From Lama glama (taxonomy: Eukaryota), in the NCBI GenBank assembly GCA_028534125.1, contig CM052831.1:22196001-22260000 (forward strand): 64,000 nucleotides of DNA, in the 5' to 3' direction. Under the pieces are notes generated by a model. The model was not told the origin of the DNA and ran no database searches. It saw nothing but the letters and a program-made list of their open reading frames with translations. Positions 25,600 through 36,800 of the stretch are shown one piece after another. Made by a program: the position numbers and the translations under genes. Position 1 is the first letter of the stretch; each line of letters starts with the position of its first letter.

Positions 25600-26165
25600 T
25601 ATTCCAGGATTTGCTCCTTTCTCACTTGATGTAGAGCAAGATGAACCATCCCCAGCCCCAGGGGTACATCTCATCCAGTCTATCTAATCAGCTGATCGTG
25701 GTGGGGTTTGTCCCAACAGTAACTGTTTAAGAGTGGTGACGCAACCCAGTTGTGACCAACGACTGATACAGAGATACAGAATCAAGCCCCCTTGTCCTAT
25801 CTCCCTCAGGGCAAACTCTGTGGTGTCATTTGTGTGCCGAAGTTCCCCATGGAATCAGAGGCCAGACTTCTCCTAAAACCCCATCTGTCCAGCTGCTTCC
25901 TCCATCATATTCTGCCATATTGGATGGGGACTCCAATCCACACCAGGACTCAGCAGACCCTGGGCCTTGTGCTTCTGAAACTGCTGTTGCCATCTTCCCT
26001 GAAGACAAAGGTAGTGTACACCAAAGGAAGCCCTGATGTCCCAAGCCTGGGACGTCCTGCATCAAGTTTCTTGTTGCAGGTAAAGTAATGAGTTTCCCTG
26101 TTTTCTAAGCCAATCTAAGCCCAGCATCTTTGTTACTTACAGCCAAAGATACTATAAATGATATG
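25600..26165 (+). mobile_element. MLT1-type (MaLR) LTR
   Basis: CTGCTGTTGCCATCTT and 3' end TAAGCC...TTTGTTACTTACAGCCAAAG. Confidence 0.65.
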
Positions 26166-26488
26166 AAACTCAAGAAATGGAATTCTGGACAACCAAGGTT
26201 AGGTAACGGTGGTTACATCAATTCAACTTCCCCAGCACACTTTCAAAAAAAGAAAAGGAAAGAAAGAACGAATAACATTACCCAAACCTACACCTTTAGC
26301 ATAACTAGAATAAAGAGAATGCCCAAAGTCATGTTATCTTTAAGTAGAAAAATAAACATCAACTCTCAGTGTACTCTCGTTCATATTCCAGCTGCAGGCC
26401 TCCATGGAGAACAAGGGCAGTCTGAGAAAAATTGTGCAGGAGAGGGAAGAATGGTATCCCCGAGAATGATCTAAAAACCTTCCAGAAA

Positions 26489-26650
26489 AGAATCTGAAAA
26501 TATATATATATATATATGTGTGTATGTATGTGTATAACTGAATCGCCATGCTGTACACCTGAAATTAACATCATAAATCAACAACAGTTCAATAAAAAGT
26601 AAGAATTAAATAAATAAATAAAGTTTAGTACGTCAAAATAAAATAAAATA
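26489..26650 (+). mobile_element. 5'-truncated younger L1 3' end with TSD
   Basis: TATAACTGAATCGCCATGCTGTACACCTGAAATTAAC...AATAAA plus A-rich tail; TSD AAAACCTTCCAGAAA 26474-26488 / AAATCCTTCCAGAAA 26651-26665. Confidence 0.8.
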
Positions 26651-27580
26651 AAATCCTTCCAGAAAGAGAATGTCTCTCCTAACTGTAAAAATACTGAACA
26701 AGAGTCCTGGTAAATCAGAGCACTTACCACCAGGAAGGGACTTAGCTGCATGTGTTCGAGGTAGCATCCTCTGAAAGGCATGACTTATGAGAGGGGAAGG
26801 AAAAAGGAAAGAGGAATCCTTTGGAGACTAGAGGATAAGGGGGAAATAAGCAAAAGTGAAAAAATCCTGTAAGAAGAGAATTCAAAAAACTTGGAGGACA
26901 CATAATCCCTCCCCTCAACACACACGCACACTCACACACTCACACACAGCGCCATTTATTTAAAAAAAAAAAAAACAAACAAGAAAATTTTGCTACAGTA
27001 ACAGAAGAGGGAGCCCTGGAACTAGGAAACATGTACATCATTCCAAATTCATGAAATGAGTAGGTAAAAGTAGACTACATTTATATAAAGCTACTATACG
27101 AAAAAGAGAAAACACCTTAACTAACGAAAATTCTCCCCTATCCCTCAAAAAAAAAAAAGTCAAAGCAGAAGAAAACTAATACAATACTTCAAACTAAATC
27201 TCTTCAGACAAGTATTTGGGCATACGAAAAAATAAAACACAGAAATAGGCAAATAACAGGAAGAAAAGATATTTAATTGGACTCAGGGAAAAAAAAGAAG
27301 AAACAAAATTATCTCATGAAGGAAAGCTAAATTACAGTGTATCCAAGGAGAATGGAGTCAAATAAAAAAGGTAATAAAATACATTGAAGAAAGTCAGGAA
27401 TGTAACCAAGAGAATGAAAATGAGAAAAAGACAGTATAGAAAAGGATCAGAAAATAGTTGAATTAGAAATAGGCAAAGAAACAGCAACATGATACATAGA
27501 TAGATAGAGATAAATAATAGAATCTCTGATGAAGAGAAACAAAACAATGGAACAGAACTAATATTTAACTACAACTCCAG

Positions 27581-27713
27581 GGGAGAGGGTATACCTCAAG
27601 TGGTAGAGAACATGCTTAGCATGCACAGGGTCTTGGGTTTGATCCCCAGTACCTCCTCCAAAAATAAGTAAATGTAATTTACCTCCCCCCCTGCCAAAAT
27701 AAAATAATCAAAT
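27581..27713 (+). mobile_element. Camelid tRNA-derived SINE (Vic-1-like)
   Basis: GGGAGAGGGTATACCTCAAGTGGTAGAG..CATGCTTAGCATGCA..GGGTTTGATCCCCAGTACCTCC; TSD AACTACAACTCCAG 27567-27580 / AACTACAACTCAAG 27714-27727. Confidence 0.85.
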
Positions 27714-28105
27714 AACTACAACTCAAGAAAAAATTCCAGAAATAAAAGAATATCTGAACTTACATTTTTAAAAAGCCCATTGTGTACTTTGGAAAAAATA
27801 CCCAGACATACTAAGACATACCCTAGTAAAATTATTAGACTTTAGAAATTAAAACAAAAAAATCAAACAACTTACATGGGAAGGGGACCTAGACTGACAT
27901 CAGATGTCTCAAAAGCAACATACAAAGCAAGGCAACAAGAGAATAGTGTTAAAAAACTCAAGAAATGAAAAGCATAAACTAAGAATTTTTATATCCAGTC
28001 AAGTTCTCTTTCAAGTTTTAAACATGCAAGAACTCTAGGAACACTATGCCCTTGAACCTTTTATGAGGAATCTACTAGAAAAGGAGCTTCAACCAACCAA
28101 GAGAT

Positions 28106-28430
28106 TGATGAGGTTCAGGACACACTAGCCAAAATATGGTACCTTGGCATAGAATGTTCCTGAGAAACAACAGGTGCAGGAAGGATTCTCTGACCTTCCC
28201 CTGAAGCAGGTCATAAGACCCTCCTGTGAGAGGTGCCCTCTCCGCACCTGGAGAAAAGGGACATCCTTGGCTCCAAGATGGAGGAAGGCCAAGAGCAACC
28301 TGAATGAACAGGCCTTGCTAAGTTTCCCCCAGGTTACTTACTTGGCATATACCCTTTTGTCCTTTCACATTGCCTAGTATAAAAATGTCTAGTATAAAAA
28401 CCTAGTGTAAAAATGCTCAGCTTTAACCTC
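28106..28430 (+). mobile_element. ERV1 LTR fragment (MER34/MER31-like)
   Basis: TGATGAGGTTCAGGACAC..CCAAAATATGG..CCTGAAGCAGGTCATAAGACCCTC..ACAGGCCTTGCTAAGTTTCCCC. Confidence 0.7.
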
Positions 28431-29771
28431 TTCTCAAGTGCAAATGGAACATTCACAAACACTGATTACATACTATCACAAAGAGAACATCAGCAAGTTC
28501 TACACAGTAGAAATATTATAAATAACATTCTCTCATCTCAGTGCAACAAAACTATAAATTATTAATGAAACACTTTAGTAAGTCCTTCCCCGTGGAAAAT
28601 TCTAAAACCTTATATAAAACAACTCTTTAATAAAATGGGAAATAAAAACCAAATTTTTGAAATTTAAAAAATGAAATGCTACATATCAGAATTTATGGAC
28701 TACTGTATTTTTAAAGCAGTTATCAGAAGAAAATTCATAGACTTAAACACATTAATCAACAAGAATGTAAGTAACTGTATTAAATTCCTAGAACATACAA
28801 AGCCACACGTGCACAAACTATAAACATAAAACATAAGCCAAAAGAAAGCACAAGGAAGGAAATAATAAAAATAAAAGCAGAAATTGAGGTGGATGTAGAA
28901 AACAGTCGATCAAATTAATAAATTTAAATCCTATTTTTTTAAATTAACAAGCCAAACAAATCACAAGTCAGACCAACATCACATATCAATGCAAAACTTC
29001 TAAATAGCATATTAACCAACCTAATAGCACATTAAAAAATTATACACCATAGCTAAGTAGGATTTATTAAAGGACTCCAACGTTGTTTCAATATTAGGAA
29101 ATCAATTAATATAATTAATGTAATTTACCATGTTAATAGATATAAGGAGATAAACATGTGATTATCTCCATTGGTACTTAAAAAGCCTGTGACAAAAACA
29201 AATTTAAGAAAATAGAAATCAATGGATACATTATTAAAAAAAATAAAATCCTAAAGCTAGCATTTTCTTAAGGGGGAAACACTAAAGTAATTTCCACTAA
29301 TGTTACGAACAAGATAAGGATGTCTACCATCTCCAGGACTATTCAACAGTGTACTGGAGATATTAGAAAATGCAATTAGACAATAGAAAGTAATTAGAGG
29401 AATAAGAGTTAGAAAATAATAAGTAAAACTATCTGTTTACAGATAATGTGCACTTAGAAAGCCCTAGAGAAATCATAATAAACTTAACCATTAAATCATC
29501 TTCGTAAAGTAACAAGAGATAAATTATCATAAAGAAAACAATAGATGTAATAGTAGAGAAAGCCCATTTTAATAGCAACAAAGAAAATAAAATACTTAGT
29601 GAGAAATATGTAAAACGTACATGAAGAGAAACTTAAAAGCACTCCTAAAAGACAGAAGTGACTTGAACAAATGGACGAACATTTCTTGTTCTTGGATAGG
29701 ACAGTTCAGGATCCTAAAGATGTCAGCTATACCTAAGGTTTTAAAAATATAACACAATCCATATATATACA

Positions 29772-29821
29772 TACACACACACACACACACACACATATGT
29801 GTGTGTGTGTGTGTGTGTGTA
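29772..29821. repeat. (AC)11-ATAT-(GT)11 inverted microsatellite, perfect 50-bp palindrome
   Basis: Direct reading; centre between 29796 and 29797. Confidence 0.9.
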
Positions 29822-30029
29822 ATGTAATTCCAATAAAAATATCAAGCTTTTTAAAAAATAGAGCTAGACAAGTTGATACTAAAGCTCACGCAGGAAAACA
29901 GACATGCAAAATCCCTATTAAAATTCCAACAACTTTTTCTGCAGAAATAGAAAAATCCATTCAAATTATATGGAATCTCAAGGGACCCCAAATAGCCAAA
30001 ACAATCTTAAAAAAGAGCAAAGTGGGAGG

Positions 30030-30199
30030 NNNNNNNNNNNNNNNNNNNNNNNNNNNNNNNNNNNNNNNNNNNNNNNNNNNNNNNNNNNNNNNNNNNNNNN
30101 NNNNNNNNNNNNNNNNNNNNNNNNNNNNNNNNNNNNNNNNNNNNNNNNNNNNNNNNNNNNNNNNNNNNNNNNNNNNNNNNNNNNNNNNNNNNNNNNNNN
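30030..30199. other. Assembly gap (N run)
   Basis: 170 N. Confidence 1.
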
Positions 30200-30901
30200 A
30201 AAAGAAGGCTTTTCAACACATTGTGCTAGGAAAACTGGATATTCACATGTAGAACAATGAAGTTGGACCCTTACCTAAGACCATATACAAAATTTAACTC
30301 AAAATAGATAAAAAAATCTGAACGTAAGAGCTAAAACTGTAAAACTCTTAAAAGAACACATGGGAGAAAGCTTCATGAGATGGGATTTGCTGATTTCTTA
30401 TACTTGAAGCCAAAATAGACAAATTGGACTTCACCAAAATGAAAAACTTTGTGTCCTAGTTACACAAAGGACGCTATTAAAAGAATAAAAAGGCAACCCA
30501 AGGAATGGGAAAAAAATGTCTGCAAATCATGTATCTGATAAGGAACTGATATTCAAAATATATAAAGAACTCCTAAAACTCGACAACAAAAAACAAACAA
30601 CTGTATTCAAATATAGGCAAATAATTTGAATAGACATTTCTCCAAAGAGGAATATACAAAAGCCAACAAGCACATGAAAAGATGCTCAGCATCACTAATC
30701 ACTAGAAAAACACAACTAGAAATCACAACGAGATGTCACTTCACACCCATTAAGATGGTTATTATCAACAGAAAAAATCGGAACATAATAGGTATCAGTG
30801 AAGATAGAGAAAAATTTGAACCCTCATGCTGCTGGTGGGAATTTAAAATTGTGCAGCTGCTACGGAAAACAGGATAGTGGTTTTTCAAAAAATTAAAAAT
30901 A

Positions 30902-31612
30902 TGGCTTTTCTGACGTCACCAATGTCACCCAGAACCAACCTGCACCACCCCACCGTGGTCAACCCCACAGTGTTCTTCAATATTCACTGTTGATGCGAGC
31001 CCTTGGGCCATGCCTGCTTTAAGCTGTTTGCAGACCAAGTTTCAAAGACAGCAGAAAACTTCAGTTTTCTGAGCACTGAGGAGAAAGGATTTGGTTATAA
31101 AGGTTCCCACTCTCACAGAATTATTCCAGGGTTTATGTATCAGGGTGGTGACTTCACATGCCACAGTGGCACTGGCAGCAAGTCATCTACTGAGCATCAT
31201 CCTAAAGGATATGGGTCCTAGCATTTTGTCCATGGCAAATTCTGGACCCACATAAATTGTTCCCAGTTTTCATCTACACTACCAAGACTGAGTGGTTGGG
31301 TGGTAAGCATGTGGTCTTTGGCAGGGCAAATGGAGGCAGGAAAACTGTGAAAACCATGGAGTGCTTTGGGTCCAAGAATGGCAAGACCAGCATGCAGCCC
31401 ACCATTGCAAACTATGAATAACTCTAATAAATTTGACTTGTGTTTTATCTTAACCACCAGACCATTCCTTCTCCCATTTGCTCATAACAGCCTATAATCT
31501 TTGTGCTCTCACTGCAGTTTTCTGAGTTCATGTTTTCCTTATCCCCTCCTCCAAGACTAGCTGGATTACAGAGTTAAGTTTAGGATTATGAAATAAACTA
31601 AACAACAACAAA
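30902..31612 (+). pseudogene. PPIA: Processed cyclophilin A pseudogene in DNAH1 intron 8
   Basis: Intronless; start mutated to GTG at 30955 (GTGGTCAACCCCACAGTGTTCTTC); [42 protein letters not shown]; frameshifts and an internal deletion near 31190; stop 31425-31427; 3' UTR with AATAAA 31592-31597 and A-rich tail remnant. Confidence 0.95.
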
Positions 31613-31678
31613 TAGAATTACCACATGATGTAGTATTTCCACTTTGGGGTTTATACTCAAAAGAACAGAAAGCAGGGA

Positions 31679-31930
31679 NNNNNNNNNNNNNNNNNNNNNN
31701 NNNNNNNNNNNNNNNNNNNNNNNNNNNNNNNNNNNNNNNNNNNNNNNNNNNNNNNNNNNNNNNNNNNNNNNNNNNNNNNNNNNNNNNNNNNNNNNNNNNN
31801 NNNNNNNNNNNNNNNNNNNNNNNNNNNNNNNNNNNNNNNNNNNNNNNNNNNNNNNNNNNNNNNNNNNNNNNNNNNNNNNNNNNNNNNNNNNNNNNNNNNN
31901 NNNNNNNNNNNNNNNNNNNNNNNNNNNNNN
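31679..31930. other. Assembly gap (N run)
   Basis: 252 N. Confidence 1.
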
Positions 31931-33599
31931 GTGAGGTGCTCATGGTGGTCAAAGTCATAGAGACAGAAAGTGGAGTAGCAGTTGCCAGGGGCTGGTGGAC
32001 AGGGGAATGGGATCTTACATTTCAAAGGGTGCAGAGTTTCACTTTGGGGTGATGAGCAAAGTTCTGTGGGTGGATGGTAGTGATGGTTGGACAACAATGT
32101 GGAGGTACTTAATGCCACTGAGCTATACACTAAGAAATGGTTAAAAAGATGAATTTTGTATTATGTATGTTAAACCACAATTTTTAAAATATAATTTAAA
32201 ACAAATAAATGTGCAAGTATAGCCAGGAAAACACTAAAAGGGAAAAACTACAAAGGGGGCCTGGCCCTACATGACATTAAAACATACTGTAAAACATCTG
32301 TAATTGAAACTGTAGTACGAGTACCAGTTATATGCAAACAGACAAACAGAACAATGGAATAGAATAGAAACTCCAGAAATAGACCCAAGTACATACGGAA
32401 ATCAGTGTTATGACAAAGGTGGCATCTCAAATCACTGGGCCAAAGATGGCGGTTTCAGTAGAGGCTGATGAGTATTTAATAAACAATTTAGTAAATGCTA
32501 GTCATTTGGAAAAAGATAAAATTGGAACCATACCACACACCATACATAAGGATGAATCAAGGATATAAAAGGCAAAAACACAAAACCATACAAGTTCTAG
32601 AAGAAAACCTTGATATAGGGAAAGGCTTTCTAACTGTGACTCAAAATCCAGATATAATAGAAGAAATAATTAATAACATTGTTTACATAAGTATTTTTAA
32701 AGTTATATTGCAAAAATTACCATAAGCAAAGTCCAAATAAAACTGACAAGTGAGGAGAAAATATTTACAACATATATCATAGATAAAGGATCAGTGTCCC
32801 TACTATATAATGAACTCTTAAAATTAGAAGGGAAAAAAGCCAAAACTCAAAGAGAAAAAAATATGAACAGACAAATCACAAAAAGATATAAAAATTGCTC
32901 TTAATCATATGAAAAGGTTGAAAAGACATCCAACCTCATTTATAACACTTACAGACTTACCCTCCAGACTGGCAAAAAATTAAACAATCTAACAACATGC
33001 TCTTGGCAAAGCTGTGAGGAAACAGGCACTCTGTCATATGGCTAGGGGGCATGCAAAATGATACAATCATTATGGAAGGAAATTTGGTGATACCTAACAA
33101 AATTACATATGTACTTATCTTTTGACCAGCAATTCCACTTCTCAGAATTTACCCTAAAGCTACCCCTCCATCAGTATGAATATACAAATGCACAAGGTCA
33201 CTGTACCATTGTTTGTAATTGCAAAATACTGGAAATTACCTAAATGCCTATATATGAGAAAACGGTTGAGTAAGTCATGGTAGACGGTACACCCACACAA
33301 TAGATTACTATGCAGCTGTAAAAAAGAATGAAGGACATCAATGCACTGATAAGGATTGATTCCCAGGACGTACTTACTGAAAATGAAAAAGGCAAAATGC
33401 AAAAGAGTATCTATAGTGTGCTGCTACTCATGTAAGAAGGGGGAATAAGAAAATATATATTAAAATATCATTTGTGCAAAAAGAAATACAGAAAGGAAAG
33501 CCAGAAACTAGTGATATTGGTTACCTATTGGCATGTGGTGGGAATAGGGTAGAAAAGATAGGAAATGTGAATAGGACAGAAGGAATAGGGGTGAAGAGT

Positions 33600-33850
33600 G
33601 ACAGATCATATGCATTAGTGAGTATATTTTATATATGTGGGTATTATATATATAGAAAGAAACATATAGATATGTATATATATTCTCTATATATTTAATA
33701 TATACATATTATATATAATATAGATACATTATATTATATGTTATATATAACTATGTATGCATATATTATAATATATAATATACATGTTATACATAGTACA
33801 TATATTTCCTATATATTCTATATATATACATATTTCTTTATATTTATAAA
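33600..33850. repeat. AT-rich (TA)n low-complexity tract
   Basis: Direct reading. Confidence 0.85.
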
Positions 33851-34839
33851 TGGACCAAGCTACAGTTCATCAAATGAATATATCGCACTGAAGTGGGTGG
33901 GAAAAACTAAATCAACTTTTGAATGTAGTATTTGGACTATATGTCCCCAGGCTAAAGAGAAAAAGGAAACTAAACAAATATCAAAGTCTACTTACTAGAG
34001 TTATTCCTGCAAAGGGTACGGATTAGCAATTGAAATTACTTTCTGTGTGTTCTAGACTGAGCAAATAAGTAAATATATTATGAACAATGAAAGCCAATTT
34101 TCTTTTAGGAAAAAGAAATAACAAATATGTATAAGTGAGAATGAGGCCTGTGGTTTGAAGTCAATGTGAAGGTATCAGTATGAACTTATGGTTTTTAACA
34201 GATCAACAGATAGGTATGTAATAGATAGATATAGACATGTACATGGAGGTTATATATAACATAATGCAGTATAAGGATATAATATAAAATAAATTAATAA
34301 TATATATATCTCATATTTAGCTGCTCTAAGAGCCTCAAAGCATTGATTTCTCAGTAGCAGTGAGCACATCTTATGACAAAATCTTGGCTTCTAAATACCG
34401 GTTTCCACTAAGAGGAACCAAGTCTCCTCAGAGAAATGGCTGATTTCAGGGCTGGGTCTGAGAGAAAGTACAAGATGAGCCTGGAATTTCTTGCTGTGCC
34501 AGAAGGTAAAGACATGCTCAAAGAACAAGAACATATCAAAAGGACACAGGAATCACTCAAAGAGGCTCCCACTGGTCAAATCTGGGACAATTTGATCATC
34601 AAAATAAAAAATGGTAGCAACAGATTATAACCCCTTGGATATAAGAATTGATAAATTCCTATTGATAATGGAGATAACCAAGAAATTGTGGCCCAAGCAG
34701 TCCATAGTGCAAGGGGCAAGATAGCCCCACATAGATGAGCATGGAGGGAGTACCCCCTTCCCTGGGCAGCACTACTTCCCCACTGGACAGCTCCCTGGAC
34801 GAGGTGATGCTCAGGTGTGGGGGTCTGGGGGGAACTCAC

Positions 34840-35092
34840 GAGGGTCCTTTGCGCATCCGGGGCATGCTCATGGCCCACTGCTTCATCTTGCTCAGGCTCT
34901 GCTCACTGATGAGCCGCTGGCCCTCAGAGGGCATGCAGTCCACATATAGGTTGTATAGCAGCAGTGCCTCTGTGTTCTTGCGCAGGGCGCTGGCCTGGAC
35001 CACACGTTGTGTGAACACACGTGGGTCCTCAGCACAAAAGAGAAGCTGAATCCTTGGCACCCAGTACTGGCAGATCAGGAGGGGCGGCCTTC
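34840..35092 (-). CDS. DNAH1: DNAH1 exon 8, RPPLLICQYWVPRIQ...MRKGPS
   Basis: ccctag| and TC|GTGAGT; 253 nt. Confidence 0.95.
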
Positions 35093-35659
35093 CTAGGGTT
35101 GAGCAGGAGGGAGAAAGGAACATGCCGTTGGGCTCTTTCAGCAGGAGCACCAGATACCAGCCTGGATCTGCTGCTGGTATGTGGTAGCCTTGAGCAAGTG
35201 ACCCCATCATATCTGCAAAATGGGTATGACAACACTCCCCGACCTGCTCACGTCACAGGTTGTCATGGATGGATGTGAAAGTGCTTCATAAACTGTAAAG
35301 AGCTGTGCACAGACAAGGAGTTACACAGGGGTTCAAGTGCCCATTCCCAGATGTCACACCCAGGGCAGACATCACTATTTGATGGGCCTCGGGCTCCTTC
35401 TTAACATGATGCTGAAAGCAGCACTGCCAACTGCTCAGAGGAGGCATATCAAATAATGGCCAACTTGCCCTTCCTGGGGTCTCTGAGTGATAGGTCCTCT
35501 GGTTCTCACTGATCAGGGGGCAGACAGCCACAGGACAAACAGAGGAAGGAGAAATTCAGACCTGAGCTGGCTATGCCCTGGGGAGGGGTTGGCCTCAGTC
35601 ACAAGCCAGGCCCGGCCTGAACTGGGAGTCTATCTGAGGCAGAGGCAGAGAGCTGGTAC

Positions 35660-35821
35660 CTTCAGTGGTGACCCCTCCATTCAGAATGGGCTTCCCCATG
35701 TCATCTCGCACCAAACCATCATCATTTGTCTTGTGCACCAGGTATAGCTTCTTCTCCTTGTCATAGTCCAGGACGCCAACATTGCACCATTTGTATTTCA
35801 GCTTTTGACTCTTAGGGTCCT
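35660..35821 (-). CDS. DNAH1: DNAH1 exon 7, EDPKSQKLKYKW...GVTTEG
   Basis: tttcag| and G|GTACCA; 162 nt. Confidence 0.95.
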
Positions 35822-36379
35822 CTGAAACAGGAAGGGAGCCTGTTAGTGCTCCCTGCTGTGGGCACGGATGGGCCTCTGCATGTGGGCAGCAGGTACTGGG
35901 AACAGTCTCAGTGGTCACTAGTCTGGTCTCTTTCCCACCAAGCTCCAGCTGAGCAGGGGGCCTGATTCCTCCCAGCTGAGCTGGCCTCTGGGGAGCCCCT
36001 GATGGCAGGAGGAGCCAGAAGGACCAGGCCTCTCTGCCCTGTGCTCTGCATGACTCCATGCTCTCCATTGGGGCAGAAAGAGACAAAGGACAGCAGGGTT
36101 GGGACAGGAGGCAGGTAAGCCCCAAGCAGAGACCTATTGAGGATCTAGGTGGGTATAAAGCTCATCATGTCTGAGCTGGACTCCTTCAAGGTAACCAAGG
36201 CCAGAGGGAAGTCCTTCCCACAGGCTGCACGTGGCAGCTGATCCCCTCACATCAGAACAAGGTACAGCAGGGTAGAAGATTGTAGCCCTGCAATGGCTCC
36301 AAGCGGGTCTCAGGACCTATACGGTCAAGATGGGCCCCCTACCTACTCTCTAGGCTGAAAGCCTTTGCCTGCTTCTCCA

Positions 36380-36800
36380 GCTCACTTCCTGCCCCCCTTA
36401 TTCATTCCTCTCCAGCCATACCAGATGTCTGGCTATTCCTGTGACTTTGGAGTTTGTTCCTGCCTCAGGGCCTTTGCATTGGCTGTGCCCTCTGCCTGGA
36501 ACAGACTTCGCCCAGGTCACCTCGTTGTTGGCTTGTTCCCTGCTCAGTGGCTTATCCTCAGAGAAGCATCTCTGCCTAAAATGGTGCCTTTGCCCCAGGC
36601 ACTCTCTGACCTGTTACTCTGTCTCTCACAGAGTCTAAAGTCACACTGTGTGTGTATCCTCTCTGGTTCTAGTCAGCCTCCTCATGCTACTGTCAGCTCC
36701 CCAAGGACAGGAGGGACTTCATCCTGTCTTGATCACAGCTGTGTTCCTGTCCCTAGAATGGACGCTGGTACCTAGTAGATACTCAATAAACTTTTATAGA
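36380..36800 (+). mobile_element. L2 3' end
   Basis: CCTGCCTCAGGGCCTTTGCATTGGCTGTGCCCTCTGCCTGGAAC...TAGTAGATACTCAATAAA. Confidence 0.8.

Larger units (their letters stand above)
29910..32202 (+). mobile_element. L1MB-like element nested in the older L1, interrupted by the PPIA retrocopy and two N gaps
   Basis: ORF2 3' part (GAAGTTGGACCCTTACC, AGACATTTCTCCAAAGA) and 3' UTR GTACTTAATGCCACTGAGCTATACAC. Confidence 0.8.
26200..34690 (+). mobile_element. Old L1 (L1MC/L1MD-like), fragmented, with nested insertions
   Basis: A-rich + strand with ORF1/ORF2 remnants (GGATGTCTACCATCTCC..CTATTCAACAGTGTACTGGAG) and 3' UTR block GAGAAATGGCTGATTTCAGGGCTGGG...AAATCTGGGACAATTTG. Confidence 0.85.

Noticed and set aside
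23463-25629. Long + strand ORFs (294, 252 and 198 aa)
   Set aside because: They overlap decayed L2 and C-rich intronic sequence, have Pro/Ser/Leu-biased composition and show no recognisable domain
27581-27660. tRNA-like A/B boxes
   Set aside because: SINE head with TSD and A-rich tail, not a tRNA gene
30900-30910. TATGGCTTTTC, matching the 5' end of mature miR-135
   Set aside because: The match ends after 10-11 nt, there is no hairpin, and it spans the L1/PPIA junction
31003-31221. 72-aa cyclophilin-like ORF
   Set aside because: Non-ATG start, truncated and frameshifted fragment of the pseudogene; cannot form a PPIase domain
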